Notes: generated by a model from the letters alone, not told the origin. A stretch of DNA of 63,205 nucleotides, filler included, from Octopus bimaculoides (GCF_001194135.2; 6 parts of 6 records of this genome joined end to end with filler, not necessarily neighbours in it); one strand, 5' to 3'. Shown: positions 50,391-63,205, counted from the whole stretch's first letter. Made by a program: numbers and translations.

Positions 50391-51373
50391 ATTACTATCA
50401 TCATTTTATTCTACAGTTTTGAATTATCATTGACATTTCTGCAGTATTATAATCAGTTGAAGATTATTGTACTTTTAAATGGTCTTACAATATTTTATTG
50501 TTTTTTGCTTTCATTTGTATGAAATCATGACTAGGGCCACTTCAGTTGTCCATGTCTTTCCCCAACAATATGTGGTTTCAGGTTGATTGTTATTATTATT
50601 ATTGTTGTTGTGCATCCTTCCTCAGTCTGGCCTGGCTTGCTTGAGCATTTAGGTAGTTGAGCAAATGGCAAAGCCAACTGATCCAGCAATCTTGTTGAGG
50701 AATGCACTGTACATTCGAACATGAAGTGGCTTATAATGTGTCTGATGCAGTGTGGCAGTCTGATCATTTCTCTTTTTTTCTGTTGTCCAATCTGCTCTTT
50801 CAGAGGTTCATAGGTCACTACTATAAAGGAAGAGTAACATAGATGCCACAAAACCACCATCTCCCTCTTCTGTCTGTCTGTCTCTCTCTATGTGTGCATC
50901 TGTGTGTGTGTGTGTGTTAGAAAGAAGAACAAACAAGCAAAACATGCGGTATCACTTTAAAGCTTGTAATTTATAATTCAAACATAATTGCAGAGTTGTT
51001 AGATTAAATAAGGGATTAAGGCATTATCTACAAAGCCTGTTACAGCTATTTCTTGAATAGGTGTGCATATGGTGCATATATCATTGATTGTCATATAAAA
51101 GCTAATTATTCTATGTCCAGAGAGGAAGGATTAAGGAATATCCTTAATGAAGGATATTAGTAGTTAGCAGTTCCCTCGTTGAATTAAGGAATATCCTTAG
51201 TAAAAGAGATTAGTAGTTATCACTTCCATCATGGAAGAGAGAGTGAGGTAGATTATTAGTGGAAGGGCTGTAAGGAATACAGGACAGTATAAAAGAAAAA
51301 CAGAGTGATGAATGCATAGAAGTAGAGAGACACTAACTGGTATCATGAAGGCATATATAACCTTAAGAGTTAG

Positions 51374-51424
<51 letters not shown>

Positions 51425-51699
51425 NNNNNNNNNNNNNNNNNNNNNNNNNNNNNNNNNNNNNNNNNNNNNNNNNNNNNNNNNNNNNNNNNNNNNNNNNNNN
51501 NNNNNNNNNNNNNNNNNNNNNNNNNNNNNNNNNNNNNNNNNNNNNNNNNNNNNNNNNNNNNNNNNNNNNNNNNNNNNNNNNNNNNNNNNNNNNNNNNNNN
51601 NNNNNNNNNNNNNNNNNNNNNNNNNNNNNNNNNNNNNNNNNNNNNNNNNNNNNNNNNNNNNNNNNNNNNNNNNNNNNNNNNNNNNNNNNNNNNNNTGTG

Positions 51700-52205
51700 T
51701 GTGTATATGTTTGTGTGTCTGTGTTTGTCCCCCCCCCAACATCGCTTGACAACCAATGCTGGTGTGTTTACGTCCTCGTAACTTAGCGGCTCGGCAAAAG
51801 GGACCGATAGAATAAGTACTAGGCTTACAAAGAATAAGTCCTGGGGTCGATTTGCTCGACTAAAGGCCACAGTCAAATGACTGAAACAGGTAAAAGAGTA
51901 AAAGAGTATATATATATTCTTTTATTAAATGATCTTATAAGCTTGTCCTGCCCTGGCATTGTTTTCCTCTTCCTTTATTTTATATATATGGGTTCAATTC
52001 CCTAAGTGGGTGGCACGTTGTTTTCTTGAGCAAAACACTTCATTTCACATTGCTCAAGTCCCCCCTTTCAATCAGGGTGGGAATGCTGGCCTGCTCACCT
52101 AGCCAGCAGGGTGGCATCATTTTAAGGCTAAAACAATGCAAATGTGCATTGTGACCAGCGATGTGTATCAACATCTGATAGCCTGGTTGGTCATGTGATC
52201 ACGTG
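51700..52205 (+). mobile_element. Family B SINE 3' half (51700-51910) and degenerate family C variant (51985-52205)
   Basis: cttgacaaccaatgctggtgtgtttacg...cagtcaaatgactgaaacaggtaaaagagta; ttcttgagcaaaacacttcatttcacattgctc. Confidence 0.75.
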
Positions 52206-52386
52206 TTATACATGCATATACATATATATGTACACACACATGCATATACATATATATATACACACACATGGATATATATATATATANNNNNNNNNNNNNN
52301 NNNNNNNNNNNNNNNNNNNNNNNNNNNNNNTTAATTAATTAANNNNNNNNNNNNNNNNNNNNNNNNNNNNNNNNNNNNNNNNNNNN

Positions 52387-52545
52387 TTATTATTATTATT
52401 ATTATTATTATTATTGTTGTTGTTGTTGCTGTTGTTGTTATTATTATTATTATTATTATTGTTGTTGTTGCTGTTGTTGTTGTTATTATTATTATTATTA
52501 TTATTATTGTTGTTGTTGCTGTTGTTGTTGTTGTTGCTGTTGTTG

Positions 52546-52592
<47 letters not shown>

Positions 52593-52655
52593 GTTGTTGT
52601 TGTTGCTGTTGTTGTTGTTATTATTATTATTATTATTATTATTGTTATTATTATT

Positions 52656-52699
<44 letters not shown>

Positions 52700-52730
52700 T
52701 ATTGTCGTCGTCGTCCTTGTTGTTGTTATT
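52387..52730. repeat. Compound (TTA/TTG/TCA/TCG)n array, the 3' tail of the adjacent Dong-like LINE
   Basis: Directly visible; reads (AAT/AAC)n on the element strand. Confidence 0.95.
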
Positions 52731-53088
52731 CATATGCACTCAACAGATTAGACTGTTGGAAAAGAAAAGAATCCCAGCATCGGGCTACAAGTAACCTTAG
52801 ATGTCAAGAATCCTCCTAAGTATCCTAGCTGTCCATAATAATACTGTTTTTCCTGGATCTGCACTAAACTGGGTTTTATGCCTATTTCTTCTATCCATCT
52901 GTTCAGATTTTTAGCGATAGTTCCCAATGTACCTATACTACTGGGATACATTTTACCTGCACTTTCCATAGTTTTTGTAATTCAATAGTTAGGTCCTGGT
53001 ATTTTGCTATTTTTTCTATACTTCTCATATTAATTTTTTCATCAATTGGGACTAAATTCAATTATCTGACACTTCCTATTCTCTTTAT

Positions 53089-53142
<54 letters not shown>

Positions 53143-53143
53143 T

Positions 53144-53176
<33 letters not shown>

Positions 53177-53828
53177 CAAATCAGACCTTCTAGCTTCTAT
53201 TACTCTGTCAGTCTGAATATTAAAGTGCCACAACATCTAGTATTTCTTAATTTCTAGTACTTTACTAGGTTCATGTTCATACCCTTCATCAGTGTGTTCA
53301 AATCCTAGCTTTCTACATAACTCTCAGTGGATTGCTCACCCTAGACTGTCATGTTTTTTCTTGTATTCTTTCTGTGCCAGCATGCTACATTCACTTACTA
53401 TATGAGTAACGCTTTCCTCTTCTGATTTGCATAATCTACAGTGGGAATCTACTTGATTTTTCTATATTTTGGCTTTTATCCAATTAGTCCTTAATGTTTG
53501 ATCGTGTGCAGCTACTAACAAACTTTCTGTCTCCTTCTTCAGCTTTCCCTTTTGCATCCATAACCAGGTCTCACTACTACTATTTACTGAAACTATCTTT
53601 GGGAATCTACCATGCAACGCCTTTTCCTGCCAGTCAGATAATTTCTGTTCTATTTTCTGGTTTTTAAGTTCGTTTACTGTTTTAGTTCCCCTATGTCTTG
53701 TTGTGACTCTAGCAGCTTTTAATAAACTTCTTCTCTATTACCTACATAGGAGTCTATATCTACTCTAGCTAACTCTACGCAGTCGTCCACTGATATTAAC
53801 CCGCTTCCACCTTCCTTTCTAGGTAAAA
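52731..53828 (-). mobile_element. 5'-truncated R4/Dong-clade non-LTR retrotransposon (zinc knuckle plus RLE endonuclease)
   Basis: YLERKEGGSGL; W..K.LHG; KKETESLLVAAHDQTLRTN; CRLCKSEEESVTHIVSEC (CCHC); TDRVIEARRSDLVVV..DK; GTLGTI; RILRRILDI*; stops and frameshifts. Confidence 0.92.
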
Positions 53829-53920
53829 AGGACCTCGGCAGAATTTGAATTCAAAGACGAACGAAATGCCACTGAGCATTTTACCCAACGTGCTAACGAT
53901 TCTGCCAGCTCGCCATCTTA
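53829..53920 (-). mobile_element. Family A SINE head fragment
   Basis: gcattttacccaacgtgctaacgattctgccagctcgcc. Confidence 0.7.
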
Positions 53921-54104
53921 AATAACAATACGCGGAATAAGAAGACAGATCAAGAGCAGCAACATAAGAAACAAGTGTGTGGGGGGAGGTTGTTTACAAG
54001 GCGTAAAAGGGAGAAATCAATAACACTTAAGATACATTAACAAGATACAGCAATAGATAATAATAAAAATAGTAGTAATAACAATAATCATAATAATAAT
54101 AATT

Positions 54105-54354
54105 TGTTACGTACAATAAATAAAATAACCAGACAACGATAATATCAATGTAACGAACAAACAAATCTCTTTACGAACCAGCAATCAATATTCCTTGTGA
54201 ACTAACCAACCGGCACCTTCCGTCTTCACTGCGAACTAACTCGAACTTCACTCGACTTCGAACTCTGAAATTTGGACTCGCTTGTGTCGTCACTACTTAT
54301 ACTTTACTCGAACCACATCTCCCGCAAAGGGGCGTCGTGACTCTCATCTTAACA
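54105..54354. mobile_element. Possible solo LTR
   Basis: 250 bp bounded by TGTTA...TAACA; relatively CpG-rich; no target-site duplication seen. Confidence 0.35.
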
Positions 54355-54800
54355 CTTCGCAATCATATCGTTTTACATTCTGTCTCGGAGTGCAGACCCT
54401 TATGCAAGTGTCTGCTACTGCAGCTCTGAGATGAACAATTTCTCGTGAGCGAATTTGGTAGACAAAAATTGTGCGAAAACCCGAAGTATACATACATACA
54501 TTCATACATACATACATATATACATGCATGCATGCATACATACATACATAATACATACATACACATACATACATACATACATACACACCCGTACATACGT
54601 ACGTAGATACACACACACATATATATATGTATGTTATGGATGTATATATTTATATGTATATGTATATATGTATGTGTATACATATGTATGTATTTATGTA
54701 CATAATATAATAGTCATGTGTGTCTTCCTATTCCTCCCCGACCACCACTTGACAACCGGTGTCGGTTTGTTTAAGTAACCTAGAGGCTCGTAAAAGGGAC
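54355..54800 (+). mobile_element. Degenerate family B SINE with internal (CATA)n
   Basis: gcaagtgtctgctact...gaatttggtagac...; 3' half cacttgacaaccggtgtcggtttgttta. Confidence 0.6.
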
Positions 54801-55902
54801 ACATGTAGACATGTGCGCACACATACACACACTATCACACAGATATATCCACACACATAGCCTCCACATACACTTCATATGCACACAGCGTCCAACATTT
54901 ATAGACCTCCATGCACCCCACACACAAACACAAAGTTCATATGCACATGTCCTCCGACATATATAGACCTCCATGCACTCCACACGCAGCCCTTACCACA
55001 CACATACACACACAGTCAGTTCTCACGCACATGTCCTTTAACATTTTACAGCCGCTTTCACAAAACCAGACGCATGTACACATGCAGAGTTCCACAAATC
55101 CCACAAGTACACAGAGAATCACGTTGAGAATCTTCAAATTTACAGCTTTCATTTATCACCAAGAAGCATCTCCAACCTTCAAACAAAAAATTCATATTTT
55201 TTCTATGACATTCCTACATTTTTTTTTTCGTTTGGTCGCCATTTCCATATAATTTAATTATATGTTTAAGTATTTTCTTATCATTATTTTCTTTCAATTG
55301 AATATTATGTTTCTTGCCTCCTTGCGTTCTGTCTTTTGCTTTTACCAGTGCAGAGGTCAGAAAAACTCTATGAAGTTCTTCAGTTAATTTCTCTGATTTT
55401 CTCCAAAGATCTTATTGATCTTTCAACTGATTAACCTTATCTCTTAATTCCATCAGATTCTACAAGAACGTAGAGTCGTTGCTTTGCTTTCTTTCAAAAT
55501 AAGAATTAATTAGAACGCTAACTTCTATCAATTATTTTTCTCTCTTGCCATCATCTCTGCTTAGCATGCGCAACAGTTTACCATTCTCTCTTTCTTTCTC
55601 TCTCTCTCTCTCACTCAGTCGGTCTGACATCTCCCTCTTCCTCTCACTCTTTCTGCCTGTTTCTTCCTCACACCCTCTCTCATCTCTTCCTTTGTCTTTT
55701 TCTCCCTGTCCCTTACTCACTCCCTCTCTGTCTCATTCTTTTTCCTTCTCGGTATATGCATTTCTTGTTTAGGTTCTCTATATTTACTTCACATATATGC
55801 ATGTGTGGGGTGCATGTATGTATACACACACACACACATGCACACACACATATATATATATATATACATACATATACCTATATATATATGTGTGTGTTAG
55901 TG

Positions 55903-55942
<40 letters not shown>

Positions 55943-56113
55943 TGTGTGTATATATATATATGTCTGTATGCACATCTCTCATACTATGGCTTTTTTCTAT
56001 CTCTCAATCTAGCTCGTTCTCTTTCTAACTCTGCATATACATACATTAATACATATATACATAAATAAATATGCATATTCACACATTTACTTATATACAT
56101 ATGTATATACATA

Positions 56114-56151
<38 letters not shown>

Positions 56152-56419
56152 CATATATATATACATATATATACATACGTGTCTATATATGTATATATGT
56201 ATGTGTACATATATGTGTGTGTGTGTACGTATGTATGTGCGTGCATATATATATATACATACATATTTATCACGAAGTATGTCTTATCAATAATATCTAT
56301 TGATTATTACCCATCCCTAAACAACGCCCCTGGCTGTAGACTGATTGATTTAAATTTTCTCATTTTATCTGTATTGTCGATGGCACGATAGTGTATAAAA
56401 TGCACGCACATACACACCC

Positions 56420-56471
<52 letters not shown>

Positions 56472-57023
56472 ATATGTTAGTATTATATTTTGGACGTATA
56501 TATGAATGTGCGTGCTTATGTATGTGAAATATATTATGCATGAGTGTGTGTTTACGCGAGTGCACGTATAAATGTGGAATGCATATTTATATCTATGTAG
56601 CTGTACTAAAGCTGTATCTATATGTGTGCGACCATATATTTAAATGCATTCTTCAGTAAAGAAATGCTTCAGGTTAAAGCAGTGACGAAGCTATGAGATG
56701 TCACATTTGCACTTGAATCTGCGTGGAAATTTTCTTATGGCCTAAACAACTATAAGCTAGAGAAGATTATTACATAACACCTGCTCTTTTGTCATTCATT
56801 TAGAAAAGAATGACAGTCACACATGTAGACACACATGTGGACACACTTGCATTACACTGAAACACACACGGCACACACGCATACATTAACTTCATACGAA
56901 CACACGTCAGATAGCATCATACATACATGGACATACACGTAAACACACGCACAAATGCATAGAGTATATGTGCACACATTAGCTTCATACACACACATAC
57001 ACACACACACACACACATATATA

Positions 57024-57062
<39 letters not shown>

Positions 57063-57162
57063 NNNNNNNNNNNNNNNNNNNNNNNNNNNNNNNNNNNNNN
57101 NNNNNNTTAATTAATTAANNNNNNNNNNNNNNNNNNNNNNNNNNNNNNNNNNNNNNNNNNNN

Positions 57163-57194
<32 letters not shown>

Positions 57195-57386
57195 CATACA
57201 TATACATATATATATTATATACATACATATATTATATATTGGTATATATATGTATATATGCATATATATATATTGTACATATATATAGTTATACACACGC
57301 GAGCGCACACACACACACACACACATATATATATACACATATATAATATATAATATATGATATATATATAGGTATGTGTGTGTAAT

Positions 57387-57436
<50 letters not shown>

Positions 57437-58329
57437 TTGTGTATATGCTCATACCTTTTAAGAATATGACGCAGATTGCTGTCATGGCTCTCATTGTGTT
57501 TTTTAGACAATAATTGTTAACAGAATGTGAATGTATGCGCGTGGATGCTTGTGTGTACGCGCATATGTGTGTTTGTGTATAAATAATATGTGAATACACG
57601 AAAGAACACAAGCTATTTTGATTTTTTTCCTAAGCATATGTGAGCTTTTGGACGCCTGTGTATGTGTTATCTGTGTGTCTTATATAAGTAATCATGTGAA
57701 CACCCAAATGTTTAATTATATGTATGTATGTATATATATATATATATATATATANNNNNNNNNNNNNNNNNNNNNNNNNNNNNNNNNNNNNNNNNNNNNN
57801 NNNNNNNNNNNNNNNNNNNNNNNNNNNNNNNNNNNNNNNNNNNNNNNNNNNNNNNNNNNNNNNNNNNNNNNNNNNNNNNNNNNNNNNNNNNNNNNNNNNN
57901 NNNNNNNNNNNNNNNNNNNNNNNNNNNNNNNNNNNNNNNNNNNNNNNNNNNNNNNNNNNNNNNNNNNNNNNNNNNNNNNNNNNNNNNNNNNNNNNNNNNN
58001 NNNNNNNNNNNNNNNNNNNNNNNNNNNNNNNNNNNNNNNNNNNNNNNNNNNNNNNNNNNNNNNNNNNNNNNNNNNNNNNNNNNNNNNNNNNNNNNNNNNN
58101 NNNNNNNNNNNNNNNNNNNNNNNNNNNNNNNNNNNNNNNNNNNNNNNNNNNNNNNNNNNNNNNNNNNNNNNNNNNNNNNNNNNNNNNNNNNNNNNNNNNN
58201 NNNNNNNNNNNNNNNNNNNNNNNNNNNNNNNNNNNNNNNNNNNNNNNNNNNNNNNNNNNNNNNNNNNNNNNNNNNNNNNNNNNNNNNNNNNNNNNNNNNN
58301 NNNNNNNNNNNNNNNNNNNNNNNNNNNNN

Positions 58330-59420
58330 GTTTTTCCAGTATAGTCTTCCCGAATAAATTGCACTTGATGGCATATGTTGAATTTGTTAATGATGAAATA
58401 AAATGGTCTTTTGCAGTAAGAACTACCCCCGATTTAAATTTATAAGTTGTGCCCTCGATAAAGTTGCACAATTAAATCGGCTATACTTTTCACCTGTTGG
58501 ATTTGAGTCCGTAGTTGGTAGTTACGCGTTGGTAAGTATGTTTTTTGGATATAAGTTGTATTTGCATTTGATTATCTTGTATAATACAAGTGCCATTTTC
58601 ATTCTTAGGTTTTGGCTCAATAACGTTATGCTCTGAAGGATAATGCTGAATATTTCTATGTTTCCTGGCCGTGTGTTGTAATTAAAAGTAGCATTTAAGG
58701 TCTATGTGAACTGGTTTGGCTTTTCGTAATTCTTCAATGTTTAATGCTTCGGCGCGTTCTATTCCATTCTCTATTTGAATATACGGTTACTTTCTTTCAA
58801 GTAGCGCCTGTTTTAATTCTACGAGTCTTTTATCCCGATCTTCCGGATTGGAGACAACCATTAGGATTTCTAGCTAGGTTAACTAGAATATCAAATTTCG
58901 TAAGTTTAGGTGGCATGATATCAAAAGTAGATACTGTTTATTTCGTTGGTTTATAGTAGATGTCGGTTTCTATGTTAGTGCTATTCTTTATAATCAAAAT
59001 GTCTAAGAAGAGTAGTTGGTTATGGCTAAATTCCACGTTGAACTGAATACTGTTACTGGTGCTATTGAGTAGGAATTTAAAATCATTGAGTTCATCTAGG
59101 TTATATGTCCACAGAATGACAATCATCTAAGTATCAGTTCCAATTTTTCGCCAGATAATTTTGAAAATGATACCATACATTTTTATGGATTGTTCATACA
59201 TCTGGAATTCTAGATATGCCATGACTAAGTTAGCGTATGTTGGGGCAACTTTTGTACCCATGGTAGTTCTAGATATATGTTGGTAGTTGTTTTTCTCGAA
59301 AAAGAAAGTCGTTTTGAAAGATGAATGTTAATCAATCTGTGATGAATTGTCGATCAATTCTATCGAGAATTTCATCGAGTAATTTTCTTAGCCTAAGGGT
59401 TACTGCATCTAGTCCGCACT
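58330..59420 (-). mobile_element. Penelope-like element RT C-terminus to GIY-YIG start, degenerate
   Basis: TTMGTKVAPTYANLVMAYLE; YLDDC; IQFNVEFS..LLFLDILI..IETDIYYKPT; NSTYAIKC..EDYTGK; same family as 12850-14240. Confidence 0.88.
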
Positions 59421-60045
59421 AGAATAAATAAAGAAAACGCGTTTATTAAAAAAATACGAGCCACTGCTGAATAGACTCTAAAAACATCAGTAATACACGA
59501 TTCGACTTTTCTTATGAATTTAATTATTGTAGAATATCTGCTTAGGCTCGTTCGTATGAAAACCAAAATTCATATAGCAGCTATCATCTGTCTTACTCCA
59601 CCCCTCGTAATCTTACTTACCCCAATACTTTATTAACAAAGAAAAGATATGTTCAGTAGGATTGCAATAGCACTAACTGACAACATTACTCTCCGACAAA
59701 ATAATGAACAATAAATATCTATAACACTCTTATGTAAATAATTATTATATCACTTATTCACATCTCTCTTATGACGTTCAATGGCGAAATTCATTCCGAG
59801 CATCTGTCACACGAACGTTAACCAATAATTTTGCATATTAACTTTCATAGCGTTCTTAGCCAAACTCCATATTTAAAAGCAGAATTTTTTATAAAGGCCA
59901 GAATAGACATAATTCGCTTCACAACATAGACTATACACTTTTGAAAATATAATGTGAAACCAGTTAAGTGTACTCCAATATTCTAAAATATGATTAAATT
60001 CTAACTAATTCTAATATGTTTCCTGGGAACTTTCAATTTCATTTC

Positions 60046-60077
<32 letters not shown>

Positions 60078-61095
60078 NNNNNNNNNNNNNNNNNNNNNNN
60101 NNNNNNNNNNNNNNNNNNNNNNNNNNNNNNNNNNNNNNNNNNNNNNNNNNNNNNNNNNNNNNNNNNNNNNNNNNNNNNNNNNNNNNNNNNNNNNNNNNNN
60201 NNNNNNNNNNNNNNNNNNNNNNNNNNNNNNNNNNNNNNNNNNNNNNNNNNNNNNNNNNNNNNNNNNNNNNNNNNNNNNNNNNNNNNNNNNNNNNNNNNNN
60301 NNNNNNNNNNNNNNNNNNNNNNNNNNNNNNNNNNNNNNNNNNNNNNNNNNNNNNNNNNNNNNNNNNNNNNNNNNNNNNNNNNNNNNNNNNNNNNNNNNNN
60401 NNNNNNNNNNNNNNNNNNNNNNNNNNNNNNNNNNNNNNNNNNNNNNNNNNNNNNNNNNNNNNNNNNNNNNNNNNNNNNNNNNNNNNNNNNNNNNNNNNNN
60501 NNNNNNNNNNNNNNNNNNNNNNNNNNNNNNNNNNNNNNNNNNNNNNNNNNNNNNNNNNNNNNNNNNNNNNNNNNNNNNNNNNNNNNNNNNNNNNNNNNNN
60601 NNNNNNNNNNNNNNNNNNNNNNNNNNNNNNNNNNNNNNNNNNNNNNNNNNNNNNNNNNNNNNNNNNNNNNNNNNNNNNNNNNNNNNNNNNNNNNNNNNNN
60701 NNNNNNNNNNNNNNNNNNNNNNNNNNNNNNNNNNNNNNNNNNNNNNNNNNNNNNNNNNNNNNNNNNNNNNNNNNNNNNNNNNNNNNNNNNNNNNNNNNNN
60801 NNNNNNNNNNNNNNNNNNNNNNNNNNNNNNNNNNNNNNNNNNNNNNNNATATACCCCTATACAAACAAGTTGAGATGTCACTGGTTCTTAGGAAGCTGGT
60901 TTAGTCATTTACAATACAGAACTCAAAGTGCTACAATGAGTAATCGAACGAAATAAAATGTATGTTGTTGGGCTCATTGTTTTAATAAAAATAAAACGTT
61001 TTCACACTTAATCTGTGCAAAACATACATGCCTCCATCCATCCATCCATCCATCCATCCATCCATCCATCCATCCATCCATCCATACATACATAC

Positions 61096-61549
61096 AGCTA
61101 AAGATCAGCGAAAAAGAAAACACCTACCTGAACTATTGAGAAATTTGCAGTTATTCTCTATAGATTACAAGTTCAGACTTATACCTGTAATTATTGGGGC
61201 ACTGATATATGTAATATATGTAATACACTGCCTATATAGCAATCCTGAGAAATTAGGCTTCTCAAAATCAGACAGGAGAAGGCTGATTCGAAGACTACAA
61301 ATCTAGTCCATCACTGGAACTGTAAAAATCTGTAAAGCTTTCCAGAAGTTTATCATTTAAATATATATGAGCATGTCTAACATGCATAAAACAAAATATA
61401 CAAATCTACATACATACATACATACATACATACATACATACAAAAATAGTCTGTCGATGTTGAAATTCCAATGAAAGAGCCTTGGATCTAGGTTAGAAAT
61501 CGACTCTTTCTCTATTGGCAAGGAATCTTGAAAAAAAACTGTACAATGA
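61096..61549 (+). mobile_element. 5'-truncated RLE-type (R4/Dong-like) LINE 3' end with complete 3' UTR, bounded by (CATA)n
   Basis: [68 protein letters not shown]; PVIIGALG-type RLE C-terminus. Confidence 0.85.
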
Positions 61550-61556
61550 CATACAT

Positions 61557-61693
<137 letters not shown>

Positions 61694-62269
61694 AGTGAGT
61701 GTGGTATAAATATGTTAAGAGGCAGATAGAGACAGATAGATAGAGAAAACGGATTTAAGAAAGAAAACAGATTGCTTTAATTTTAGAAAAAATATGCAAA
61801 ATAATGATTAGAATGGAAGCACTAGACTGCAGCTCTCACATCTTACAGACTCACGCAGTACTTTCAGCGGAAGAATTGCAACGATGAATGTTTGGATGAA
61901 TGGGTACGTTGAAGACGATCGGTGTAGGGTATTCTGGTAAAGAAAAGAAATAATACGAGACAGAAAACAAAGAAAAAACAAGCAAGATATTTTGGAAGAG
62001 CTTACTACTGAGAAAAGTTTTGAAAAAACAACAGCAAAAAACACTTAACGGAAATCAACTCAACAGCGCCAAAACCATCATCGTCGTCGTTGTGGCATAT
62101 CTAGTACACTATTTACAAATATGCCTTTCTATTACCAAGACTGTACGAAAAGACTGAGGGTTTGGCTGCTATATCAAGCAGGTCGTGCGGGCACATATGT
62201 AATCGCTATTCTTGTTGCTTTTGTTGCTGACGATGATGAAGACAACAGCATACTGCTCAGATGCTACTG

Positions 62270-62283
62270 ATGATGGTGGTGGA

Positions 62284-62316
<33 letters not shown>

Positions 62317-62443
62317 AACGACGACGACGATGATGAGGATGAGGATGAGGAGGAGGGTGAGGATGAGGAGGAGGAGGAGGAGGAAGAGGATCATAATGGT
62401 GAGGGTGATTATTATTATTATTATTATTATTATAACGATAATT

Positions 62444-62474
<31 letters not shown>

Positions 62475-62665
62475 CGACGACGACGACGATGATGATGAAG
62501 ATGATTATAATGATGAAGATGAAGATGATTATAATGATGAAGATGATGAAGATGATGATGATGATGGTGATGATGATGACAACGTCGACAACGACAACGA
62601 CGACGACCTCAATGACCACAAGACGACGACTATTACGGACAATGTAGATGTCAACATCGTTGTCT
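62270..62665. repeat. Compound trinucleotide array (GGT/GAC/GAT/GAG/TAT)n
   Basis: Directly visible. Confidence 0.95.
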
Positions 62666-63166
62666 AAGAACGACAAATGTTTAGACGACACAAAGGTTAA
62701 ACACCGACAACGTATTCGTCTAGTCACAGCGATGATTAAACAGTGCTGGCGGGGACTCCTGATTACTTTTCTAACGCAATCGCACAATGGCAATATTTTT
62801 TCCATTGAGAAAATCCGATAAGAAGGAAAATGCTTCACGTTATCGAGAGAGAAAGAGAGAAAGAGAGAAAGAGAGAAAGAGAGAGGTTCCAACTTTCAGA
62901 CTGACGTCAGTGAATGCAGATTATTCCATAATTCAACCATTACAATTAAAATTGACGATCGACATTATAACAAGTAACGTGGTAATCTAACTAGATGTGA
63001 CTTGACTTTGTACGTCAATGAACTTCACAAAATTAATTAGTATTTGTGGGTATATGTATGTGTGTGCTTGCGTGTCAGTAAGAACATATATCGTATGATA
63101 TATACATACAGAGATATACATACGCATGTATGCGTATATATGTATATATCTGTGTGTGTAAATATA

Positions 63167-63205
<39 letters not shown>

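Noticed and set aside
50531-50860. GC-richer stretch with partly open frames on the minus strand
   Set aside because: No motif recognised and no consistent splice pair; unresolved rather than supported
1779-60881. Long ORFs containing X runs or YI/CV/HT/ER repeats in the supplied track
   Set aside because: Artefacts of N gaps and dinucleotide or tetranucleotide microsatellites

Overview
AT-rich, microsatellite-dense animal genomic DNA. The SINE families, (TA/CA/TACA)n density and LINE content point to an octopus genome; this is inference, with no database check. The window has many N gaps, five of them 100-bp scaffold joins containing a TTAATTAATTAA six-frame-stop linker. The only well-supported host gene is a minus-strand class III myosin (MYO3/NINAC-like). 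Three consecutive kinase-domain exons are visible (35464-35563, 30460-30536, 27461-27606), with canonical splice sites and the HRDIKG, DFG, GTPYWMAPE and VIACEQQLD...DVWSLG motifs. A weaker plus-strand rhodopsin-class GPCR is suggested near the start. The rest is mostly transposon debris: several tRNA-derived SINE families; RTE, R4/Dong-type, L1/Tx1, CR1/L2-like and Penelope-like (PLE) retroelements; mariner and Tc1 remnants; and MITEs. The most unusual observations are: (i) a ~0.5-kb fold-back element with 135-bp inverted repeats, a 12-bp flanking direct repeat and a minimal hammerhead ribozyme motif; (ii) further hammerhead-like motifs around PLE remnants; (iii) an RLE-type LINE whose three copies are all bounded by (CATA)n; (iv) a microsatellite expanded in frame inside a Dong endonuclease catalytic motif; and (v) a 114-bp near-perfect palindrome built from SINE ends. 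Nearly all ORFs in the supplied track are microsatellite or N artefacts.
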